A DNA stretch of 63,960 bases, the filler included, from Octopus bimaculoides (Eukaryota): the NCBI RefSeq assembly GCF_001194135.2. It is 5 parts of 5 records of this genome, joined end to end, with 100 filler letters (N's around TTAATTAATTAA, not from the genome) between each part and the next. Parts side by side here need not be neighbours in the genome. Positions count along the whole stretch, not along the records: positions 1 to 18,838 come from NC_068996.1; positions 18,939 to 41,408 come from NC_068983.1; 3 more parts are not named here. One strand, written 5' to 3'. A program made the translations under genes and the position numbers. Position 1 is the stretch's first letter; the number at the start of each line of letters is the position of its first letter. The notes under the pieces were generated by a model that made no database searches, was not told the DNA's origin, and saw only the letters and a program-made list of their open reading frames with translations. Shown here in pieces: positions 13,181 to 23,082 of the stretch.

Positions 13181-14664
13181 GACTACCATGATAGGTTATA
13201 CACTATACTGGAAAAGACCTGCGAGCATGGTGAAGCAAAAATTAAAATGACAGTAGTGATGGAAACTGAGAGGTATAAATATATCTACATGTGGGATTCT
13301 TGACCAACACGCCCGTTAGGTTTACATCTATTACTCTCCTTTCACCTTTTTGATATTTTCTTATCCCTCTATCACTTACCTTCTCTCCTTTCACTCTCTC
13401 ATTTATTCACTGTACCATGCTGCTGGTGTAACTAAGGATTGTAGTGAATCTCTGCTATTCACAGTGCCATGCTGTCTGTGTAACTAGGAATGGCATTGTA
13501 TTCAGCTGATGTCCTCATCTCTCTGATAATCACTTATTCTCTTATTCATGCCATCCATAAGGCCCTATATATAAAGGATTGTGTCTGATCTATTTGTATT
13601 CAATACACTCTATCATTACCTTTCCTGTACAGCCAGTCACCACCCCATGTTAATGACATTCATCACTCTCTTATCATCATCCATCTCTATTATTACACAT
13701 CACTCACTCTTCTCCTCCACCATACTCTCCCCTCAACCCCTACCATTATCCACAGATGGAATGGTGACTCTTCTCCAAATCAATGCCCCAAACTCAAGTT
13801 ACACTGACAATGTCAGATAAATTTTTTGATGACTTATAAGTAAAAATATACCAGTTGCTATGAAACAGCTCTTAAATGGTCAGTGGAGACTTAACATCCA
13901 AGTAGAGGGGGAAAAAACAATGTAAGAACTGGTCATATATTACAGGAAAAATGTTCTTAGGACACCAATCGAACTATGTCTATAACTATGTATTCCTGTA
14001 CAATTAATGGTGTCATGATAACAAAAACCCTCTTCACAATGGATTTCAACTGACAGATACTCAATCACTAAATTAAATTATTATCCAGGCAAAAATAGTA
14101 GAGCATCCCACTCAGTTCAGACGGGTTCTGATCATTTTCTGCATTCAGCAAATTTTGTTATGATCATCAATGCATGCACGCAAAGAGTACCAAAACAACA
14201 TAATGTGAACAAAATCACCAACCTGACAGATGATGGACAGATTATGTTTTTCAATGAAACAACAAACGAAATAACAGAAGACAAAAGAAGTTGTTGGTTT
14301 GAAAGCTCAAAAGCAAGCAATGAGCTCACTATCAGAAACAGAGATATGCTGTGTACAAAGGTGATTAGCTAGAACAGGTATGCTTATAACCCAGACGATA
14401 TTGTTAAAGCTGAACAATACATAGAACTGGATGAGGTAGTCAAAATACAATAGAACAAAAACCTTTAAGACAAAAAAAGAACTAGTTGAAGTTGACCTCA
14501 AGAACAATAAGTCACAAGCTGTTTGAGTTAGTCTGTGAAATGGAGGGAAGAACAAAAAATATACAGAGTTATTAAAGGTGAAGGTAGCAGCACATGTACA
14601 AACATAGCAGAGGTATCTCAATATCAGAAAAATAATTTTGAACAAGTGGCATGTAAAAAATCAA

Positions 14665-15050
14665 TGTTGAGCCTCATGGAAGTGAAGTGGCTGAGTTCCC
14701 TTTGAGCATTAGGCCTCATGGATGCAATGTGGCTGAGTTCCTTTTGAGTGTTGGGCCTCACAGAGTCAATGACCAAGACCTTTGGCATTATGTCTTGCTT
14801 GAGAAGACTCATCAAGCCAAGCAAAATCACAGTCATGGCAAATACCAGTGTCATGCAAATGGCACCTATGCTAGTGGCACATAAAAGCACCCATTACATT
14901 CTTGGAGTGGTTGGTGTTAGGAAGGGCATCCAGCCATAGAAAACCATGCCAAATCAGACTGGAGCCTGGCACAGCCTTCCAGCATGTCAGCCCAGTCAAA
15001 CCGTCCAAACCCATGCCCATATGGACAATGGATGTTAAATAATGATGATC
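14665..15050 (+). mobile_element. RTE LINE 3' end with 42-bp tandem triplication and shared tail
   Basis: gcctca at 14671, 14713 and 14755, followed by gaccaagacctttgg...gagaagac and the tail ggagtggttggtgttaggaagggcatccagc...atgatgat. Confidence 0.8.
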
Positions 15051-15456
15051 TTAACACTAAATTCCATCACAACCCAGAACCAATATCAGAAAGCCTTGAT
15101 GGTCTATTTGATGAGCTAATGTAGAAATAACAAAAGGAAAAAAAAAACCCAGAAAAGATAACAGCCACCTATATAGCACACTTAATATACACACAGTTGC
15201 TGCAGTATTTGTTCTGAAACAGCATCTCTTATGGACTTGCTGTGTTAAAAACATTGCAGTGACAACACATTTTAGCCTTTTTAATAGCATGTATTCACAA
15301 GCTACAGGCTTGTGAATTTGTGATCTCTGACATAGGAAAAAGTGAATGAAATATTCACTGATGCTGTGAATAGCCTCCAGGCTTATCAAAATTCCAGTAT
15401 ATGCAGTTGAAGCAGTATTTAATTGAAATAGCCATCTGTATAGCATACTTAATACA

Positions 15457-15647
15457 GGTACTATTAAAGCAGCACGGTCCCGAACGCGCTAGCTAGTCGT
15501 GAGTGGTCGATCCTAACCCTAACCCTAAACACGTATTCATTTGCACACGCGGGTTAGGGATAGGGTTAGGGTTAGGATCGACCACTCACGACTAGCTAGC
15601 GCGGACGCGCGACTGCGCGTTCGGGACCGTGCTGCTTTAGTAGTACC
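15457..15647. mobile_element. Palindromic MITE with internal telomeric repeats, copy 1
   Basis: GGTAC...GTACC termini, long TIRs, (CCCTAA)n and (TTAGGG)n around a core, flanked by the direct repeat cttaataca (15448-15456 and 15648-15656). Confidence 0.92.
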
Positions 15648-15689
15648 CTTAATACATACACACATTGACGATAGGCTTGTTACAGCGGT

Positions 15690-15900
15690 ATTTGTCCTGA
15701 GAGAGAGCATCTCTTATGGACAGTAAAAATGCAAAGCCCCTGGTATAGATACCATCAGTGCTGAAGTTTGTAAACCAGAAGGGTACATGATTAATATTCA
15801 ATATAGTATGAAGAACAGAAATGACACAGAAATATTGGATTTGTATGCTGCTAACACCAAAAGGTGACAGACAAAACCTCAAAAACCAACAGGCTGATTT
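15690..15900 (+). mobile_element. LINE RT-proximal remnant
   Basis: aaagcccctggtatagataccatcagtgctgaagtt = KAPGIDTISAEV, the KAPGxDGIxAE motif. Confidence 0.55.
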
Positions 15901-16080
15901 CACACTTATTTATACTAGAAAAAGTACTCAGTAGAATCTTTCTCAACATTATAAAAAATAAAAAGCAAGAGACCTAGTTTGATTTTAGACCTAAAAGAGG
16001 CACAGGCAATGGAGTTTTTCTAGTAAGACAAGTAATTTGAAAAAGCAAAAGAACAAGTGTTTTAACAGTTTATCTTCATC

Positions 16081-16119
16081 ATTGTGTCGCAGGTAGCTTT
16101 AAGCTACCTGCGACACAAT
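16081..16119. repeat. 39-bp palindrome (19-bp perfect arms, 1-nt centre)
   Basis: attgtgtcgcaggtagctt-t-aagctacctgcgacacaat. Confidence 0.95.
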
Positions 16120-16304
16120 CTGGCAGAAGGCTGTATAGGTGATGACAACAATAAATACAGACTCAAAGGTAATGGAAATTAAGGAAACGCTATACAAAAA
16201 TACCGAGCGTGCTGTAGATTAAAAAGCCAACAAATGGATTGATTTGAAGTATGTGTGACTCTGAAGCAAAGTTTCAGGTATTTTTCACCATTTTCAACAT
16301 CTAC

Positions 16305-16381
16305 CTAGTTTGCCATGAAAGGACTGGAAGACAATATGGTCGCAAAGGGATCAGAAGATATGAAAAGAAGGATCTCACCTC
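16305..16381 (-). CDS. Candidate exon 3 of minus-strand gene (EVRSFFSYLLIPLRPYCLPVLSWQT)
   Basis: Acceptor ttttaccccaag, donor gtagat. Only phase 0 is open, matching the exon 2 candidate. Confidence 0.3.
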
Positions 16382-17396
16382 CTTGGGGTAAAATTTTATA
16401 TAGGTACAGGAATCAAATATCGAAGTTGTGTGTGTGTGTGCGCGCACGCTTTAAATGCATCTGGGCAATATTTTTAGCCTTTGTCTCCTATTTAATTGTC
16501 ATATTAAGAAAAATTGTTTGTTGCCACAAACACAACAATAACAGCGATAAATGTAATAATACTTCGAAATGTGCATCAGTAAATAAATAAAAAGAATATA
16601 TTTCACCAACACATGCAAATTTTAAACATTAGACTAAAGTATAATTTAAATGCTATTGTCAAATTTGGGGGGTATTTCCATACATGCAATAAAGACAGTC
16701 ATCGTATCTGTAGCATATAATATAAGCATACACACATGTTCAAACGTTGTTAATTTTAGCTGTGTGAGTTATCTGTTAATCACAAGTCTACTCCTATGTT
16801 GAAAAAGCTATTTATAAACTCGTACATGGATAAAGAAACCATATATGTGTGAGTGAACGCATAAAAATACAACTATATGTTGGGATCAACTAGTAGTTAC
16901 GGGGATATACGAAGTACAATAATAGGACGGTGCTGTGATATGTAGTTATGCACGTCAAACTGTTACCCAGAACTAAATTACACTACATTACGCGTGCGTT
17001 CATAAAAATAGTGAAGGTGTTGAATCGTAACCAAGGAGACGTTGAAATGATGTTAATAAAAGTAGTAATAGTTAAAAAAAGTTTAAGAAGCACAGCAATT
17101 AGGAGACTAAAAACACGATTAGAAATAGGGAGGATAATTAGCGATTCGAAGATCTTATTTTCTTAATCATAACTTATGCTTTGGAAACGTAAACACTAAA
17201 ATTTGAAGATAAACATTAGAAGTTTTTGAAAAGCGATGTTTACAGTCTATACTTGGATAATCATTACAAGGTATGCAGAAAATTACTTTTTACACGAAGA
17301 GCTCTTCAGATAACTGAGGTCAAAGGTAACGACGTGACTGAAATAGTTAAAATCATTACGTAAGGCCACTCAATCGGTGCTGCCATAAAAGCATAC

Positions 17397-17504
17397 CAGG
17401 CAGTAACCAAAGCTCCTCCACCCAGCCATGGTTTTAAGGACCCAATGATTGTTTATGTAAGCAGCGGTTGTGTATGTAGTAACATCCTCTGTGCATCGTT
17501 GTAC
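17397..17504 (-). CDS. Candidate exon 2 of minus-strand gene (VQRCTEDVTTYTTAAYINNHWVLKTMAGWRSFGYCL)
   Basis: 108 bp with a single open phase (0-0), donor gtatgc, weak acceptor caaatcctag. Confidence 0.3.
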
Positions 17505-17936
17505 CTAGGATTTGTTAATCTGTTGGCTTCCCCCAACTGCAGAACCACGTGGTTAACCACCGAACTCAACGTTTCAATTCCGGGAAGACACAGGATTACC
17601 ACGTGCAACAGCAGCAGAAGGACATTAGTTTAAAGCTGTTGACATACATACTCAGTCGGTACACACACATCCATTCATTCGTCTACGCGTGTGTATGTCC
17701 ATACTGGTGTACCCTCGCGCTCGCACATGCATATATGAAACTTTGAATGATTACGTTTATGAAATTAAAGATATATATATTTTTGAAAAGTAAAGAAAAA
17801 AAAAGTTAATGTTTTAACTTCTCGAAGCCATGCATAAAAAATATGAAATTAAAAGCATAATAGAAATTTAAAAATTCCAGTCTATGTTAACTACAGATCA
17901 AACGTATTTTCTAACACTTTGTATCTGAATTGTAGA

Positions 17937-18167
17937 GGTACTACTAAAGAAGCGCGGACCCGAACGTGCAGTCGCGCGTCCGCGCTAGCTAGTCGTGAGT
18001 GGTCGATCCTAACCCTAACCCTAACCCTAAACACGTATTCATTTGCACACGCGGGTTAGGGTTAGGGATACGGTTAGGGTTAGGGACAGGGTTAGGATCG
18101 ACCACTCAAGACTAGCTAGCGCGGACGCACGACTGCGCGTTCGGGTCCGCGCTGCTTTAGTAGTACC
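17937..18167. mobile_element. Palindromic MITE with internal telomeric repeats, copy 2
   Basis: Same TIRs and core (acacgtattcatttgcacacgcggg) as copy 1. Flanks are aattgtaga (17928-17936) and aattgtagg (18168-18176). Confidence 0.92.
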
Positions 18168-18456
18168 AATTGTAGGTTAGACATTAACTGGAATTAAAAA
18201 AAAACAAAAAACAATCGCGCCTGCAATAGTTGGCCATATCAATAAATCAAATAGTTCTTTTGTGCAATGATCATCTATAAGTTACTGAATTGTTAACAAA
18301 AATATAAACTTCTTTTCCTTCTGAATAAAAAGTAACTAGTTTTGTTAAAAAGTAACATGATTTAATCTACCCCATCGAAAATATACATACCTTATAAAGA
18401 AAGTTACATGGAAACAAATTTTAAGTCGTTATGCCCACATTCTAAGAACACGTTAC

Positions 18457-18600
18457 GTAAGAGCGCCTCACGACAAAATTATAGCGTAAGGGACACGACT
18501 TTGGATATGACAAAAAACAGCTGTCATCTCTTAAATGTCCCATCTCTACGTTGTCGTTTGACTGCCTAGAAATAGCAGCTAAGTACTCTTCGCTGTACAT
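18457..18600 (-). CDS. Candidate first coding exon (MYSEEYLAAISRQSNDNVEMGHLRDDSCFLSYPKSCPLRYNFVVRRSY)
   Basis: ATG at 18600 in the CpG-rich island; two phase-0 donors (gtgagg after 18472, gtaacg after 18457). Confidence 0.28.
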
Positions 18601-18789
18601 CTTTAAAAAAAAGAAGGAAAATATAATGACGAAGTAATCTGGGGCACGCTCTTACCGGGAAACAAATTAGTGGATGGTTACAACTCGAATATCTTTCATT
18701 ATATAATAAACTAAACTTATATAATCTAAAAAACTTTACTGAATTAAGTAATTCTAGCTTCTTCTCCTACACACACACACACACATATG

Positions 18790-18838
<49 letters not shown>

Positions 18839-18938
18839 NNNNNNNNNNNNNNNNNNNNNNNNNNNNNNNNNNNNNNNNNNNNTTAATTAATTAANNNNNN
18901 NNNNNNNNNNNNNNNNNNNNNNNNNNNNNNNNNNNNNN
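18839..18938. other. Artificial scaffold linker (N44-TTAATTAATTAA-N44)
   Basis: Exactly 100 bp; the 12-mer gives stops in all six frames; identical at four sites. Confidence 0.95.
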
Positions 18939-18981
<43 letters not shown>

Positions 18982-19179
18982 GTATGTATTATTGAGGAAG
19001 ACTAGCACTCCACTATAGTTTCCATGTGATCATGTAGAAGTTGTGTGATTATGGTGAATTTTTGTATGCAGATAAATTTGCGTAGTACTCCATAGCACCT
19101 GACAATTTGCAAAATAAAATGCCATGATGAGGTAAAGAAAACCTTGTACAATAGTTTGTTGTCACAAGTGAGTATAGAT

Positions 19180-19400
19180 GGTATATCATCATCATCCTTT
19201 AATGTCCGTTTTCCATGCTGGCATGGGTAGGACAGTTTAACCAGAGCTGGCAAGCTGGAAAGCTGCATCAGGTTACAGTCTAACTTGGCTTGGTTTTTAT
19301 GGTTAGATGCTCTTCTTAATGTCAATCACTTTACAGAGTGTGCTGGGTGCTTTTAATATAGCACTGGCATGAATGCTTTTTGCATGCAACCAGCACAAGA
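19180..19400 (-). mobile_element. RTE-type 3' tail / SINE tail
   Basis: catcatcatcctttaatgtccgttttccatgctggcatggg is the reverse complement of the tail at 20600-20658. Confidence 0.8.
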
Positions 19401-19573
19401 CTCTTGCAGGCCAATCTTCTTCCTTAGGAGCAGCAGCCTTTGGAGTATATCTATGTTTGTCTGTCTGTGTTAAAGATGATGATGTGTGTGTTTGTATTAC
19501 ATTTATACATATACATATTACATGGTTTCCATCACATGCCAGAGGGAAAAAATACAAGTAGTTAATAGCTTCT

Positions 19574-20658
19574 GTTACCTAGGTGGCCAAGTCAGTAGTG
19601 GGGGTGGATGCTCTGAGAGTGTAGCTACTAGAATAAGAATAGCCTGGGCAAAGTTCTGAGAGTTCTTACCTCTGCTGGTGACAAAGGGACTCTCGCTTAG
19701 AGTAAAAGGTAGACTGTATGATGCATGTGTATGAACAGCCATGCTACATGGCAGTGAAACATGGGCCGTGACTGCTGAGGACATGCATAAGCTTACAAGA
19801 AATGAAACCAGCATGCTCCGCTGGATGTGTAATGTCCGTGTGTATACATGACTGAGTGTAAGTGCCCTGAGAGAAAAGTTGGACATAAGAAGGATCAGAT
19901 GTGGTGTGCAAGAGAGAGGGCTGCGTTGGTATGGTTGTGTGAAAAAGTGTCACACCCTAGCAGTAAAGGGAGCCTGTGGAAGAGGTAGACCCAGGAAGAC
20001 CTGAGATGAGGTGGTGAAGCAAGACCTTCAAACGTTGGACCTCACGGAGGCAATGACAAATGACCGAGACCTTTGGAGATGCGCTGTGTTTGAGAAGACC
20101 CAGTAAGCCAAGTGAGACTGTAACTGTGGCCTATGCCAGTGCAGCATAACCAGCCCATTTAAGAGTACTCTTCAATCATTGAGCAATAAACTGCACTTGC
20201 AAAGACCTGTCGAGCCAAGTGAAGTCATTGTCATGGCCAATGCCAGTACCGCCTGAGTGGCACCCATGCAGGTGGCACGTAAAAAGCACCATTCAAGCAT
20301 GGTTGATGTCAGAGCTGCCTGAATGGTTCTATGCTGGTGGCACGTAAAAAGCACCATTCGAGCATGGTTGTTGCCAGAGCCACCTGACTGACTCCCATGC
20401 CAGTGGCATGTAAAAAGCACCATTCAAGCGTGGTTGATGCCAGTACCACCTGTCTGGCCTTCGTACCGGTGGCACATAAAAAGCATCTACTACACTCTCA
20501 AAGTGGTTGGCATTAGGAAGGGCATCCAGCTGTAGAAACTTTGGCAGATCAGATTGAAGCCTGGTGCAGCCTTGTGGCTTGCCAGCCCTCAGTCAAACCG
20601 TCCAACCCATGCCAGCATGGAAAGCGAACGTTAAACAACGACGATGATGATGATGATA
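19574..20658 (+). mobile_element. 5'-truncated RTE LINE (ORF2 C-terminus, tandem-repeat 3' UTR, (GAT)n tail)
   Basis: YLGGQVSSGGGCSESVATRIRIAWAKF*EFLPLLVTKGLSLRVKGRLYDACV*TAMLHGSETWAVT..., then GRGRPRKT, 65-66-bp tandem units and a GAT tail. Confidence 0.92.
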
Positions 20659-21369
20659 TATATGCTATATCATGTTATGTATTTTATATATATATAGAAC
20701 TAAAACATTTAATATGAGCAATTATCTAGATAATGTTTGAGGAATACCAATCCTATGAAAGAGGAGAATTTTGGCTTAATTAACAATCTATTTAAATGCT
20801 TTATAAGTTTGGATATAAAATATACATCAGTTTCAAAACTACAGTACTTATTGTAGCAATTCCAGCTATCCTGCTTATTCTGTGACAATCTATATTTACT
20901 GTGCACTGTATCTCATTTGTAAACATTTCAGAAATATTTTCTTTCATATAAAATGTTTTCTGTAGCTATTCTAGTATTTATATTACACCTGTTTAGTAGA
21001 TAGTATAAGAATTAAGATTTTGCTCCAGCTTTTCTGAAGTTAAAGGCAATTAAATCCAATTACACGCTATATTTGTTAGACAAATTATTGATAGCATTAA
21101 ATAATTGGTCATGTGTTTCCCTCAATGCTTTCACTACTTTTTTCATTGCTGCATGAATCACAGTGAGTTCATTGAGATGCATTTTCTACAACCGGACACA
21201 CTTCCTATCACACCTCACCTGTTTCTATTGAGAGGTAAAATTTCCGCAAAGATAGACGTCACAGAAAATCAGAAACAAACAGCACCAATTGTATGACATT
21301 CATACTTAGTTAAAACTGTTGCACAATGTAAAACCAAGAAGACACAAACACATCTATGCATGCACATAT

Positions 21370-21406
<37 letters not shown>

Positions 21407-21526
21407 TATATGTGACGTTCCTTTTTCTGTGTCTATCATATCCACTTGAAAGGCTTTTGTTGTTTTGTTGGCATGTATGCATATATATCTTTATATATAT
21501 ATGTATATATATACATATGTATATAC

Positions 21527-21580
<54 letters not shown>

Positions 21581-21804
21581 GTATTCAGTTAATATATGCG
21601 TTTTACTTCGTTTACTAAATTTATATATTTACTCAAGTACCCAAAATAACAAGGAGTCTCTACCTCATAAACAGGAGTTACACCACTGTCATTTTGTGAT
21701 CTTTGCTACCCTGGTATCTATTAACCAATTTATTTTGTCCGAGTTAATTATTAACTAAGAGAAAATAAATACATATAATAAAATATATATACAAATATAT
21801 ATAT

Positions 21805-23031
21805 TCCAGTGTTCGGAAGGTAATTGCATCTTTTCACTTCTATAAAATATGAATCAACCAATGTCAGAGCGTAGGTATTGGCAGGAACTGTCTAGAAATA
21901 ATATATCATCGCTTCTATTTGGCTGTGTGTCATTCATAGTTATTTCAGTAATCAACCTCATGGAAGATAATACTGTTATGAAACTATATATTTGCCATTG
22001 CTTACTGTGTTAGTTTCAAAAGACAACTACCCCTACAGAAGCAATGAAAACCATTTGTGAAGTGTATCCAGATGCAGTGAAAGCTTGTACATGTCAGCTG
22101 TGGATTAGAAGGTTTAAAGATGGTGATTGTGACATATCTGACAAGCCTTTCTCTGGAAGATGACCCACTCCGAATGATGACCTTTTGAATGAGACTATTG
22201 TATGTGATCCACATCAAAGCACCAGATAGTTGGTGCAAAAACTTAATGTGTCATGTTCAGCTATCCACAAACATCTTAAGCAAATTGGGAAAGCATGCAA
22301 GGAGGGGATTTGGATTCCACATGAGCTTATGCTTGACAAGCGAACACAACGTTCTACCATTTGCATCAGTCTTCTAACCAGGAATAACAATCTGTCAGTT
22401 TTGCAGTGCATTATTACAGGTGATGTAAAATGGGTTTTGCACCACAACAGAAAATGAAGAAGACATTGGTTTTCATGTAATGAGAGGCCAGTGCCAACAC
22501 TAAAATCAGAACTCCATCCACAAAAATCCTTGCTCTCTATTCAGTGGAACATGGAAGCTACTGGAACCTGGAAGGAGTGCCAATGCAGATGTCTACTGCC
22601 AACAACTTGCTCAAATAAATGAAAAATTATGTAGAAAGTGGCCAGCTTTGGTAAACAGAAGAGATGTTATTGTCCAGCATGACGATGCACAGCCATAAAA
22701 CAAACCCCAGAAAAACATAACATCATTATGCTGGGCAGTTCTTCCACATCCTCCATACTCACCTGACTTAACACCTACAGATTTCCATCTGTTCTGGTCA
22801 CTAGAATATTTCATAAGAGGCAAAACATTCAGAAACAGAGAAGTTAAAAAGAGTCTTTCAGACATTTTTTCAGGAAAAGAAATAGGTTTCTTTGAACACG
22901 GCATAAAAAAGTGACTTTCCTATTGGGTTGCAGTCGTTGAAAACAATGGTGATTAAATTCTTGATTCAGATGAATGTAGTTTACATTTATTTTCATAGTC
23001 TTTTTGGTAAAATGCAATTACTTTCTGAACG

Positions 23032-23035
<4 letters not shown>
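21805..23035 (+). mobile_element. Mariner transposon, full length, decayed (family B)
   Basis: TIRs gtgttcggaaggtaattgcat / atgcaattactttctgaacgccc; WIPHEL, ITGDVKW, PHPPYSPDLTPTDFHLF. Confidence 0.92.

Positions 23036-23082
<47 letters not shown>

Larger units (their letters stand above)
16420..18780. promoter_or_regulatory. CpG-rich (probably unmethylated) promoter-like island
   Basis: CG dinucleotides appear in most lines here but are nearly absent from non-repeat DNA at 1-16 kb and 19-41 kb (qualitative, not computed). Confidence 0.5.

Noticed and set aside
14132-14645. Hydrophobic minus-strand ORFs resembling a membrane protein
   Set aside because: No motifs or convincing splice sites; consistent with AT-rich non-coding or decayed repeat sequence.
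17937-18167. Telomere-fusion scar or true chromosome end
   Set aside because: A head-to-head fusion gives TTAGGG followed by CCCTAA; here the polarity is opposite, and the arrays sit inside TIRs with TSDs in two copies.
18883-18894. TTAATTAATTAA as a biological motif (PacI or homeodomain site)
   Set aside because: Always centred in an exact 44+44 N spacer, so it is an assembly linker.
20240-20500. CRISPR-like regularly spaced repeats
   Set aside because: The inter-repeat segments are homologous to each other (tandem units), the context is a eukaryotic LINE 3' UTR, and there are no cas genes.
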